From positions 551,045 to 615,044 of the forward strand of contig JAIVFI010000026.1 of assembly GCA_025558095.1 (NCBI GenBank): a DNA stretch of 64,000 nt, written 5' to 3'. Source of the stretch: Hyaloraphidium curvatum SAG 235-1 (taxonomy: Eukaryota > Fungi > Monoblepharomycota). The position numbers and the translations under genes are program-made. Within the stretch, counting starts at the first letter, position 1. Every line of letters starts with the position of its first letter. Positions 54,366 to 64,000 of this stretch are shown here, one piece after another. The notes under the pieces were generated by a model. That model saw only the letters and a program-made list of their open reading frames with translations. It was not told the DNA's origin and searched no databases.

Positions 54366-56306
54366 TCACACCGCGATCCCGCGCATCCCGCGCGCCCCCA
54401 TCTCCGCCCACATGTCCCCCTCGTCGCCCGCGACCGCCGCCCACGAAGCCTTCCTCAGCAAAAACGGCGCCCCGGGTTCCGCCGGTGCCTCCCTGCCCTC
54501 CACCCCGCACGCCGGCCCGGGCACCGCGAACGCCGCGACGGTGTTCTGCATTGCCTTCAGCATCGCCGCGAGGCAGGCTTGTGTGAGAGGCCTGCCGGGG
54601 GAAGGAAAGTAGACCAGGTGGGCGAACGAGAGGTGCACCGCGAGGTCGAGCAGGCCCGTGGGATCCGACGCCGCGGCGCGCAGGTGCAGCACGCGCGCAC
54701 ACTTGCCTGCGTTGAGCGCCGCGATGACGCCGGAGGGGAACGGCGTACCGGGCAGCTCCACCGCCACCACCTCGATGGCGGCTCCGGCAGGCAGATCGGC
54801 CTCCTCCCAGGTCACCGTGCGCATCAGCACCGCCGCCAGCTCCGGCACCCCCCTCGCCTTGCCCTCAAACACCACCTCGTGCCCGACCATCTCCGGCGGC
54901 ATCCTCGGCCCTTCCCCCACCACCCCCTCCTGCTCCTCCGCCAGCCTCCGCGCCTCCATCCCGTCCCCGCGCTTCCCCGCGAGCACGCTACGGAACGCCA
55001 GGTCCAGCATCCTCGCCCTCCGCTCGGGGGAGTACCTCCACAGCACGGAGTGCCTCGCTGCCCGCCCGGCCCCGCGCCTCGCCCGGGCGTCCGAAAGCAG
55101 CAGGTCCAGCGCGTCGTACCACCCCCCGTCGTCGCCGGCGAGGAACCCGTTACCGGCGTGGCGGATGGCCGGGACGAACGGGCCCACAGGCGACGCGACC
55201 GTCGGCACCCCCGCCAGCGCGGCGTCGAAGAACTTGAGCTCCGACTTGGAGGAGGTGAACGGGTTGCCGGTCTGCAGCGGGGCGATGTTGACGTCGAACC
55301 GGCACAGCTCGTACGGCAGGTCGGAGTAGTTCACGGCCGGGCGGTGTTCGAGCTGCGCCTCGAGGCCGGGGAACTCGGCCGGGTCGAGGTTGGCACCAAA
55401 GTACACGAGCCGCGCGTGCGGGCGCTCGCGGAGCACCCGGCGGAGGGCGGGGTAGGCTGCGCGGAAGTCGCGCTGGTGCGTCGGCGTGCCGGATGCGTAG
55501 CCGATCCTTAGCAGGGTGTCGTTGGCGTCCTTCCGGCACGCGTCGACGTTCGCGCGGTCGCTGGCCTCAAGAAAGGCGCGGTCGAAGGTGTTGGGAACGA
55601 CAAAGGTGGTCAGGTTCCACCTGCGCATGGTGACGGCGAGGTCCTGCGTCGAGGCAAGGCCAAAGTCGGCCATGAGCATCGCCTTGAGGTTGGCGTCGCA
55701 CATGGCCTTGATCGCGGGCAGCGCCTCGGGATGCTGTCTCACAAAGTCGAAGTGGTCCGTGTCGACGATGGACGAGTCGATCACGAGGTCGTCGAGGTCG
55801 TACCCGACGGGGATCCCGCGGTCCCGGGCCAGCCGCACGAGCTTCTCGTAGGCGGGCGAGTGCTCCATCCGCCAGACCACGAGCAGCTCGGCCCCGCCCA
55901 CCGCGGCCTCCACGCGGTCCCAGGACTCGGCGAGGTCCGACATGCCAAACACGTTTGTGCGGTAGCCGGCCAGGTTTGCGGCGGCGGCGGCGCGCACAAC
56001 GCGGTGCTCGGAGCCTGCGTAGAAGGTCGTCTCGTAGGAGATGAAAACGACGAGCGGGGCGGCGGCGGGGGGGCCGGGGGCGGGATCGCGGGTGGAGGGC
56101 GGGACGGCGGGCTGCGGGGAGGGGAGCGGCGGCGGGGGCGGTGCCGGTTGGGGTTCCGGCGGGGGTGCCGCCGGCCGGGGCAGGTCCGCGGCGTGCGGCA
56201 CGGGGGCTGCCGGCGCGGGGAGATCCCGCGGGCCCAGGATCGCGAGCCCCACCAGCGCCGTGACTGCGGCGGCGCCGAGCAGCGACGCCGACAGCCGCGC
56301 CCGCAT
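54366..56306 (-). CDS. Type II membrane glycosyltransferase, bacterial GT4-like
   Basis: N-terminal TM plus Pro-rich stem; YDLDDLV, VVPN, RIGYASGTPTHQRDF, DVNIAPL..NPF..KSELKFFDAALAGVPTVASP; intronless. Confidence 0.88.
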   Translation of the reverse strand: MRARLSASLLGAAAVTALVGLAILGPRDLPAPAAPVPHAADLPRPAAPPPEPQPAPPPPPLPSPQPAVPPSTRDPAPGPPAAAPLVVFISYETTFYAGSEHRVVRAAAAANLAGYRTNVFGMSDLAESWDRVEAAVGGAELLVVWRMEHSPAYEKLVRLARDRGIPVGYDLDDLVIDSSIVDTDHFDFVRQHPEALPAIKAMCDANLKAMLMADFGLASTQDLAVTMRRWNLTTFVVPNTFDRAFLEASDRANVDACRKDANDTLLRIGYASGTPTHQRDFRAAYPALRRVLRERPHARLVYFGANLDPAEFPGLEAQLEHRPAVNYSDLPYELCRFDVNIAPLQTGNPFTSSKSELKFFDAALAGVPTVASPVGPFVPAIRHAGNGFLAGDDGGWYDALDLLLSDARARRGAGRAARHSVLWRYSPERRARMLDLAFRSVLAGKRGDGMEARRLAEEQEGVVGEGPRMPPEMVGHEVVFEGKARGVPELAAVLMRTVTWEEADLPAGAAIEVVAVELPGTPFPSGVIAALNAGKCARVLHLRAAASDPTGLLDLAVHLSFAHLVYFPSPGRPLTQACLAAMLKAMQNTVAAFAVPGPACGVEGREAPAEPGAPFLLRKASWAAVAGDEGDMWAEMGARGMRGIAV

Positions 56307-56440
56307 GCCTGCGATTCGGGGCGGCGCAAACAGTTGTAATTGGGGGCTGGGGGCGGGCTGGTGGGGAGGGGCAGGGACACATGCCCCTAATAATCATCAA
56401 ACACCGACACTCGGCCGGGCGAGCGACGCCCTGCGCGGCC

Positions 56441-58132
56441 ATGCGTGTCTTGGCGCTCCTCGGTTCGCTGGCGGCCCTGGCGGCGGGCTGCGCCGCCGCC
56501 CCGCCACGCTCCGCCGCCCTCGCCCGCGAGATCCCGCCCGCCGCCGCGCTCGACGCCGTGTCGCCGTCCGGGCTTGCGGGCTGGGCGTGCGTGCCCGGCG
56601 TTCCCGGCGACGGCGTGCGGCTTGTCGCCCGCGCGAACGGCGCCGAGGTTGGCCGCGCCCGCTTCGCCGTGCCGCGGCCGGACGTGCTCGCCAGCGTCGG
56701 CGCGGCGTGCGGGGGATGGAAGGCGCCCGGCTTCGAACTGCGCTTCGACCCGCCGCTCAACGACCGCACCGTGCTGCAGCTCGCAATCGCGCTGCCCGCT
56801 GGCCGCGAGCTCCCGTTCCCCGAAAAGCCCGCCGTCGACGTCGGCGTCCGCAGGCGCGAGACCGTCGACGTCACCCTCGGCGGGCACGCGCGACGCCGCC
56901 GCCCCCTCAACGTGACACTGGACGACGCCCAGCCCGTGCGGCTCAACATCCTCGTGTGCGCCCTGGGCAACTCGGCATTCACCGGCGGCCCGCTGTCGAT
57001 CATGCGCTTCGCCGTGCTGGCTTCCCGTGCCGGGTTCGCCGTGCGGTGGATCAACGTCGACGGCGGCGGCGTGCCCTGGGCGGACTTGGCCACCGCGGCC
57101 GCCAAGTACCCACTTTTGGAGAAGCTCGCAGACGAGCTCGAGTTCGTCGACGACGCCCTGGGCTTCTCCGCCGGGACGCCCCCGCCCGTCGTCCCCGCAA
57201 ACCCCGGCGACCTGTTCATGGGCACCCTCTTCTACACCGTCCTCCAGGCCCGCGCGACGGTCGCCGCCCACCCCGGCCTGCGCAACCGGAACGTCGTCAA
57301 CTTCGTGCAGGACGACGAGGGCATCTTCTTCCCGCACGGCACCTCGCACCTCGAAGCGCGGGAGGCCCACGCCGGCCCGCACTTTCCCATCTTCTCCACC
57401 GACTTTCTCCGCTCGCACTTTGAGTCCAACCGCGTCGGGCTGTTTGCGCACTGCCACCCCGCCGAGTGCGCCGAGCTCCACTTTTCCGCGCAGCCCGCCA
57501 TCCGGCCCCGCGCGCCCTTCGACCCCGCCCTCTTTGCGCCCAACCGCACCAGGAGGCTCATCATGTACGCACGCCCGCTGCACGACCGCAACGCGTTCGA
57601 CCTCGGCGTCCTGGCGCTGGACGAGGCCGTGCGGAGGGGCATCTTCGGCCCGCGCCTCGAGGAACGGTGGGAGTTCCTGGGGGTGGGAAGCCACGCCGAG
57701 CACGCGGACCAGTGCAATCTCGGCGGCATCAGGGGCATGTGCCTGCAGATGCGCCCCTCGGTCCCCGAGCCCGAGTACTTTGCCCTGCTCGGCACGGGGG
57801 ACGTCGGGCTGGCGCTGATGGTCTCGCCGCACCCGTCGCTGCCGCCGCTGGATTTCGCGGCGGCGGGGATGGCCACGGTGACCAACACGTGGGGGAGCAA
57901 GACCGCCGAGGCGCTGCGGGCGGCAGGGGGGAACCTGATTCCCGCCGAACCAACGCTGGAGGGACTGGTGGCCGCGTTGGAGCAGGCGGTGGCAAGGGCC
58001 GAGGATGTGGAGGGCAGGATGCAGGGGAGTAGGCTGGACTGGCCCGAGAGGTGGGACGATCCCAGGTGTTACGGGGCGCCGCTGTGGAGGAGGATGCGGA
58101 GGTGGTTCGCGACCACCAATGCGCTGTGGTAG
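56441..58132 (+). CDS. WsaF-like (rhamnosyltransferase-type) GT-B glycosyltransferase with signal/anchor
   Basis: RLNILV..FTGGP, FVQDDEGIFF, YARP..RNAFDLG, WEFLGVG, DVGLALMVSPHPSLPPLDFAAAG..VTN; intronless. Confidence 0.85.
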   Translation: MRVLALLGSLAALAAGCAAAPPRSAALAREIPPAAALDAVSPSGLAGWACVPGVPGDGVRLVARANGAEVGRARFAVPRPDVLASVGAACGGWKAPGFELRFDPPLNDRTVLQLAIALPAGRELPFPEKPAVDVGVRRRETVDVTLGGHARRRRPLNVTLDDAQPVRLNILVCALGNSAFTGGPLSIMRFAVLASRAGFAVRWINVDGGGVPWADLATAAAKYPLLEKLADELEFVDDALGFSAGTPPPVVPANPGDLFMGTLFYTVLQARATVAAHPGLRNRNVVNFVQDDEGIFFPHGTSHLEAREAHAGPHFPIFSTDFLRSHFESNRVGLFAHCHPAECAELHFSAQPAIRPRAPFDPALFAPNRTRRLIMYARPLHDRNAFDLGVLALDEAVRRGIFGPRLEERWEFLGVGSHAEHADQCNLGGIRGMCLQMRPSVPEPEYFALLGTGDVGLALMVSPHPSLPPLDFAAAGMATVTNTWGSKTAEALRAAGGNLIPAEPTLEGLVAALEQAVARAEDVEGRMQGSRLDWPERWDDPRCYGAPLWRRMRRWFATTNALW

Positions 58133-58522
58133 GCATGCACATCGGCACACATAGACGGGCCGTCGGAGTCGCCCCCGTGCAACACCCCGTGTAGGGTCCT
58201 GAACCCTTCAACCCCTTTCCGCGGCAACACGGACATGTTCTGCAACCTCGACCAGAGCAATGCCGGGCAGGTCGGAAGCACCAATGTTCTCCCGGGGAAC
58301 TTCCAGCAGGAAGGGATGTGCGAGAAAAACGGGCCCGACACCGTCTACGGCTGCTGCCTGCCGAAATGATATACCCCCGTCCCGGAAAATGTCACGCCTT
58401 CGCCCGCCTTCATCCTCGTCGCTCAGATGCCCTCGGGTCCTTCCACGCGCCTGGACCGGGACGCCTGCCTCATCGGTTGCGGGGCCGCCGGCCGGCTGGG
58501 CATCCGCATCCGTCGTCCGCCG

Positions 58523-60889
58523 CTACATCGGCCCGTCCATCGAGCACTCCCGCAGGTGGTTGTACACCTCCCTCGCCATCCCCTCCGCCGTCGGCCTCCT
58601 CGCCTTTTCCAACATGTGCGCCGACGCCCTCCTCACCGCGCCGTCGTCCAGCCCCTTGGCCAGATCCCACACGTTCCGCTCGAGCCCGGTCTCGCCGTAG
58701 AAGAGGGGGTACGAGAAGCCGAGGTGTTCCTCCGCCGCGGGGCTGACGGGCATCGGATCGGGGGAGCGGGGGATGATGGCGGGGGTGCCCGCCGCGATCG
58801 CCGCGAGCAGGAGCGGGGGGGCGTGCGGCTGGTGGTAAGGGAGGAGGAGAACCGACGTGCGGAGGAGGGCGAGGAAGGAGGGGAGGTCGGGGACGGGGAG
58901 GAAGGCGGCGCTGGAGTTGCCCCACGCGGCGCGGAGGGCGGGTTCGGAGGAGAGGGAGGGGTCGTAGGCGACGGTTTTGGACCAGCCGGGGGGGAGGGGC
59001 AGGGTCGCGAGGAGGGCATGGGTGTCGCGGCCGCCGTACTCGACGGCAGGGGCGACGACGGTCCGGCCGCCGGCTTTCCACGCCGCGAGGTCGAACTTTG
59101 TGCCGCCCAAGTCGGGGAGGGGGTGCCCGACCGAGCGCACCCGCGCCGCCGAATCGCGCGAGCGGGCCAGGCCGCGGCGGAAGACGTCCGCGGCGTCCTC
59201 GGTGAAGGTGATCACGAGGTCCAGCCGCGGTCGGATGGCAGCAAAGGCGGGGGAGGCGAGCAGCTGCTCCGCCGTCGTGGTGCCCTCGACCGCACGGCCC
59301 TTCGCGGGGGTTGCGCCGTGGAAGAAGCCGACGACCCGGGAGGCGCCGTCGGCGACGAGGGGGTGCCTCTCCGCGCCGGGGGCTGCGAGGTGGTCCAGCG
59401 AGAGGGCAAGGACGTGGCGCGGGGGCGTCCGCGCGCCGCCGGGGCGGACAAAGACCCCGGTCTCCACCATCCGCCTCGCGAAAAGATCCCACTGTCGCCC
59501 AAACAGCCCGTTGCCGCCCAGTTCGGGCCCGCGGGGGTCGAATTGGCTGGGGGCCGACCACGAACTCGCCCCGCCCAGCGCCTTGCCCAGCACGAGGCCC
59601 TCGGGCACCTCGACGCGAGCGAGGAGCGTCCGCTCGAGGAACGCGAACCAGTTCCGCTTGAAACCGAGGAACGCGTGGCCGCCCAGGGGGCGCTCGGAAT
59701 GGTACGTGTGCTCCACGAGGACGCGGGCGGCGGCGCGCGGCGCGACGCGGCCGACCCCGCGGACGCCCAGGGCGTACGAGAAATAGATGTCCTCGGGGGG
59801 GTACTTCAAATCGTGGATGAGCACGGCCTTGGTGGCCTCGGTGAGGTTGAGGGACGAGGGGTGCACGCGGTCCAGCGCCTCGACCATCTTCAGGCGGGTG
59901 CGGAGGGAGAGCCCGCCGTTGCCGACGGCTTCGAATCCCTCGGTGACGAGCGTGTTCCACGGCGCACCGGCGAAATCGTATGGGAGCAGGTCAGCGATGC
60001 CGGAGCGGAAGAGCGCGCTGTCCTCCTGAAACAGAAGCACGCGGTCGCCGTGCAGCGACAGCCAAAAGTCGCGGTTCAGCGCGACGCGGTCGTTGAAGTG
60101 CGCGACGGACATGTCGGCCATGCCCGTGTCGACGACGCGGGCGAGGGGGGAGACGCGGGCGGCTGCGGCGCGCAGGGCCGGGCAGCTCTTGGAGCCGCAG
60201 AAGACGCGGAGCGACCAGCCGGGGCCGAGGTAGCGAAGCGCGGTGCGGATCACGAACTCGGCGTGCGGAAAGTCGCGATGCTCGAGGATCACGGCCTCGT
60301 GCGTCGCCGCGGCGGGCGTCTGCGGGTACGGCGGGAGGTCGAGCAGCAGCGACTGGGCGAGGTGGCGGAAGCAGAAGTAGCGCCACGGCCATTTCGTCGA
60401 GCCGTCCCACAGGCTGACGTCCTTGACGGCGAAGTAGGAGGCATTGAGGTCGGGGAAGCCGTAGCGCGCGGCGAACGCGGGCAGCCGGGCAAAGTGGGCG
60501 AGGTCGGCCGTCCCCGCGATGCCGAGGCGGGCGAGGGACGACTGCAGCTGAGACGCGGCGGCGCGCACGGCCGGGTCGGCGAGCAGCTCCGACATCGTCC
60601 GGTCGGGGGAGGAAGGGGCCGCGAGCAGCGCCAGTTCGGGGAGCAGGCCCGCGCCGCCGGCGTCCGCCGTGCCCCCCCCCTCCCCAAGCAGCGCGTCGCG
60701 CGACGGCCGCCACGGCGCGGAGTGGTCGCCGTCGGGCGGTGGCGGCCCCGCGGTAGACGCGGGCGGCCACTCGTCCCTCGGCGGCGCCGTCTGTCCCGGG
60801 CCCCGCAGCGACGCCGCGAGCAGCAGCACCGCCGCGACGCCGAGCACTCGCGCCGCCCACCGCAGCGACGGCGGCACGAGGCGCGGCAT
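58523..60889 (-). CDS. Type II membrane protein: DUF5672-like domain plus C-terminal GT-like domain
   Basis: VILEHR, FW..L.GDRVLLFQEDS, YDFAGAPW, VGNGGLSLR, PEDIYFS; C-terminal HP..KFD..W, GTP.I..AAEEHLG.SYPLFY; intronless. Confidence 0.8.
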   Translation of the reverse strand: MPRLVPPSLRWAARVLGVAAVLLLAASLRGPGQTAPPRDEWPPASTAGPPPPDGDHSAPWRPSRDALLGEGGGTADAGGAGLLPELALLAAPSSPDRTMSELLADPAVRAAASQLQSSLARLGIAGTADLAHFARLPAFAARYGFPDLNASYFAVKDVSLWDGSTKWPWRYFCFRHLAQSLLLDLPPYPQTPAAATHEAVILEHRDFPHAEFVIRTALRYLGPGWSLRVFCGSKSCPALRAAAARVSPLARVVDTGMADMSVAHFNDRVALNRDFWLSLHGDRVLLFQEDSALFRSGIADLLPYDFAGAPWNTLVTEGFEAVGNGGLSLRTRLKMVEALDRVHPSSLNLTEATKAVLIHDLKYPPEDIYFSYALGVRGVGRVAPRAAARVLVEHTYHSERPLGGHAFLGFKRNWFAFLERTLLARVEVPEGLVLGKALGGASSWSAPSQFDPRGPELGGNGLFGRQWDLFARRMVETGVFVRPGGARTPPRHVLALSLDHLAAPGAERHPLVADGASRVVGFFHGATPAKGRAVEGTTTAEQLLASPAFAAIRPRLDLVITFTEDAADVFRRGLARSRDSAARVRSVGHPLPDLGGTKFDLAAWKAGGRTVVAPAVEYGGRDTHALLATLPLPPGWSKTVAYDPSLSSEPALRAAWGNSSAAFLPVPDLPSFLALLRTSVLLLPYHQPHAPPLLLAAIAAGTPAIIPRSPDPMPVSPAAEEHLGFSYPLFYGETGLERNVWDLAKGLDDGAVRRASAHMLEKARRPTAEGMAREVYNHLRECSMDGPM

Positions 60890-61215
60890 CGCGTAAATGG
60901 ATTGGGGATAGTAGGACGCGCGGCCCTTTCCCGCCACCCTCTGCGAAGAAAGCGCCGGCCGCCTGCCGAACCGGTCTGCGGATGTGCTCGACTAGGAAGA
61001 GAGATTTTGGGCTCCGGCGATGTTGATTGTCGACCGATCGCCCGGACCCGCCTTGTATGGACCCCGGCCGAAGCCTGATTCCGCCGAAACCGCCACAGAG
61101 TGTACAGCGGGTGCATAGAACCGCGCTAGTAAAGAGTACATCACTTCTACTCTCCCGGCCTGCACAGTCGACATCAGGAGTTTGGCCCGGACACGTCAGC
61201 TCTGGTCGACTTAAT

Positions 61216-62079
61216 TCAAACGTCATGGTAGATCGCTTCGCACGAGTCTTCAAGCGGGCCCGCGGGAGAGCCCAACGACACCCACTCGTCCACAGGCAGC
61301 TGTAGAAAGTCCAAGGAGCCAGCGGTCCGCGATGTGGGTCCGTGTTCGCCGTGCAGCGCACGGACCCACGGAAACAAGGGGTCAGGGTCGGCCCAAAGGG
61401 GGGTGCCGCACACAGCGAAGCACGCGGCAGAGAGGGAAGGAATGAACAGGTCAGGAATCAATGCAGGTTCCTGGTCCTCGAGGAGTGATGTCGGGATCGG
61501 GGGGAGGGAGACGACGCGCGGGAAGCTGGAGGGGGCCAGCGGACCCACGGAGGGCAGTGTGCGGCCGTCGCCCGACCCTGGGGTAGCCGCCGACCCGGCA
61601 TCCGTGCTGCTCGGCGGCTCCTCCGCAGGTCCGCAGTCGTCGGAGTCGGAGGCGTCCCCATTGCCTGAAGAGGCCGAGATGTTCTCGGAGGCGCACTTCC
61701 GGGGCATCCTGGGCGGCGGGTACTCGCACACGGCCCCGGCGGCTTCGCAGCGTCCGCAACCCCTACGGTCCCCGTCGCAACCCCTGCGCGAGGCCCTGCA
61801 GCGCACGCACGCCGTCTTTTCGACGGCGAGGGAGGCGCCCAGCGCCGCGGCGGCCCGGAGGTACGCCGCCGCCGAGGGTGCGGTGGCTGCCCGGACGCCG
61901 CAGGCCGAACCTTCCGGCCACGCGCAGGGGAATCCATGGGAGCGACAGCGTCCGCAGGTGCCGCCGTCGCGGGGGCATTTGACCCTCCTGACACGGCAAG
62001 CCCAACACGCGGCGGTCCGAACTCGCGGCGGGCGCTGCGCCCGTGCGAACATGCCCTGGCTCGGGGGAGCGCGCGGCAT
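61216..62079 (-). CDS. Transcription factor with two Zn(II)2Cys6 binuclear clusters
   Basis: ACWACRVRRVKC..CGRC..C and ACVRCRASRRGCDG..CGRC..CEY. Confidence 0.85.
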   Translation of the reverse strand: MPRAPPSQGMFARAQRPPRVRTAACWACRVRRVKCPRDGGTCGRCRSHGFPCAWPEGSACGVRAATAPSAAAYLRAAAALGASLAVEKTACVRCRASRRGCDGDRRGCGRCEAAGAVCEYPPPRMPRKCASENISASSGNGDASDSDDCGPAEEPPSSTDAGSAATPGSGDGRTLPSVGPLAPSSFPRVVSLPPIPTSLLEDQEPALIPDLFIPSLSAACFAVCGTPLWADPDPLFPWVRALHGEHGPTSRTAGSLDFLQLPVDEWVSLGSPAGPLEDSCEAIYHDV

Positions 62080-62843
62080 GGGGCCGGAACGGTGTTTTGG
62101 CGGGCGCGTTCGGGCCCCTCGATCCGGATCAGGCGGCGCCGCGTCCCGACCCCGACTGGCTGGCCTCCACTAGACCGCACGAAACCCGCAAGCGCAAGGG
62201 TGAGCGATACCAAGGATCCGGGTCGCGAGCGAGCAGAGGAGGTCGACGAGGCTGCGCTCTCCGAGCCCGTGTCGGTTCAGCGCGTTGCCTTTGAGTCAAG
62301 GTCCGCTTTGCCGCGGGCGCGGAAACCGCGGGCGGCAACCGGTTTCGGCGCCCCGGACCGTCTTCCTTTGCCGGATCGGGGAAGACTTTAATTGGACCTC
62401 GAGGTGCTATTGACCGACTGATCGTGGCCATGACGCAGGCTTTGGTCTGGGAATTCTCTTCCTATATCCGGCCGCGCAGTGAGCCGCGTGGTGAACGTGA
62501 TCGATCGGCGTCGCGCCTTGCACCTCTTGGGGGTCCTTGCTGAAGATATCGAAGCGAGGCGTCGTTCTCGAATGTATTTCGACTCGCATACTCAGGAATC
62601 CCGGGAGTGCTCCAAAGTAGCGGTGAGTTGTGCGTTCGTCCCCGAGCATGTCGGCGGTGTCTCCGGGAGCCGTCCAATACTACGACCACGACGCTTGCTC
62701 TTTCATTTCGCATTCCAGGATCCGGATCTGGAAATCCGGACACCGCCGTCCCGGATTTTCGCCGGACGGCCGGGAACTTGGAGCGTCTGCCTCCCAGGAC
62801 CCCGTTCAGGGCTCTCGCTTCGACACCTCTACGCCATCTCGCG

Positions 62844-63855
62844 ATGGCCGACCCGAACCCGTTCAGATCCGGCGGCGAGGCTGTCGAGCCCGCCGTTCCC
62901 GAGGTGCCGGCTGCTGCGGCGGCGGGGGACGCGCCGCCGGCGCCACCCACCGCCACGGACCCCTCCGGGAATGCCACCGCCCGGGGGGACGACGACGACG
63001 ACGGGCCGGGGCTGTCGGGGCTGCCGCTGCCCGCGGGATGGGACGCGGAATGGGACGAACAGTCGTCGAAGTATTACTTCGTGGATCTCCGGAAGGATCC
63101 GCCCGCGACCACGTGGGATGACCCCCGCCTGCCCGAGATGGAGGAGGTCGCGGCGCGTCTCAAGGCCGAGCCGGCGTTCGGTACGCCCTCGGCGGCGGAG
63201 GCGGCGGGGAAGGGGCTCGAGGAGGCGGCGGCTGGGCTGCAGGAGGCCGTGGCGAGGGGTGGGCTCGGCAGGCTGGCGGTGCGGGGTCGGGGGCTGATAT
63301 GGAGCTCGTGTTGTCAGCCGAGGACGCAAAGAAGAAGGCGGACGAGGTCAAGGCGGCGGGACAGAGCGACGAGGCCGCCAAGAAGGCGTGGGTGGTGTCC
63401 TCCACCCGGACTCGACGCGTCGCTAATCCACGCCTGCCGCAGCCTCGAAGAAGCCGAGGCCAAGGTCAAGCAGCTGCAGGACAGCTTCGACGTCGCCGAG
63501 CGCGAGGTCTACCTCCGTGGGTCTGACGAGCTCCGCCTGGGCACACCCCGGCTCACCTGATTGCCGGACAGAATCAGTTGGCGTCGAGACGCGCCGGCTC
63601 GGAGCAGCAGGGGGCGCTGCTGCTCCCGCTGCGGCTTCCGCCGACGCCGCTTCCCCCGCTCCAACCGCCCCGGACAACGGCTCAACCGCAGCGGCAGCCG
63701 ATCCCGCCGGAGACGCCGCAAACGCCGAACCGCCCCCGCCCTACACCGAACCCGGGGTCCCCGCCGAGGACGTCCCGGCCGGCCCGGTGGCCCCGACGGG
63801 TCCCCCTCCCGCCCCCGTACCTGCCGCGGTGCAGCCCGCCATCGGGTTAGGTTAG
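62844..63855 (+). CDS. WW-domain protein apparently truncated by the telomere; introns 63259-63317, 63388-63442, 63517-63571
   Basis: LPAGWDAEWD..YYFVD..TTWDDPR, coiled coil, PPPY motif; the frame stays open until a TAG inside the telomeric repeat. Confidence 0.75.
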
Positions 63856-64000
63856 GGTTAGGTTAGGTTAGGTTAGGTTAGGTTAGGTTAGGTTAGGTTA
63901 GGTTAGGTTAGGTTAGGTTAGGTTAGGTTAGGTTAGGTTAGGTTAGGTTAGGTTAGGTTAGGTTAGGTTAGGTTAGGTTAGGTTAGGTTAGGTTAGGTTA
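63844..64000 (+). repeat. Telomeric array (TTAGG)n, about 30 units visible
   Basis: Pentamer array running to the window end, G-rich strand 5'->3' outward; one TTAGGG unit at 63852-63857. Confidence 0.95.

Noticed and set aside
1-64000. Prokaryotic or phage origin, suggested by high GC and bacterial-like enzymes
   Set aside because: Spliceosomal introns, RPA2, Zn2Cys6 and MYND genes, retrotransposons and a telomere show a eukaryotic chromosome
1-64000. tRNA, rRNA or snRNA genes
   Set aside because: None recognised by eye; a covariance-model scan would be needed to exclude them

Overview
High-GC eukaryotic chromosome end. Short GT-AG spliceosomal introns, RPA2, a Zn(II)2Cys6 regulator and MYND-finger genes point to a fungus, by inference an early-diverging chytrid/monoblepharid-like lineage; I cannot confirm the species. 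About 27 compact genes plus several decayed relics are present, and the window ends in a (TTAGG)n telomere fused directly into the coding frame of a WW-domain gene. Main points: (1) four glycosyltransferase-type genes near the telomere (GT90/CAP10-like, bacterial-type GT4-like, WsaF-like rhamnosyltransferase, DUF5672 plus a GT-like domain) beside a double Zn2Cys6 regulator; (2) this cluster is split by a ~9.4 kb composite insertion bounded by an exact 13-bp direct repeat, holding a three-ORF CRE-like non-LTR retrotransposon, a host-gene fragment, a Ty3/Gypsy chromovirus integrase remnant and a second LTR-like unit; (3) a three-member 7TM family resembling GR/OR-type ion channels and a DEG/ENaC-like 2TM protein; (4) many bacterial-type enzymes, some carrying introns; (5) a dominant GTGGGT splice donor. 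All family calls come from motif recognition by eye; no searches were run.
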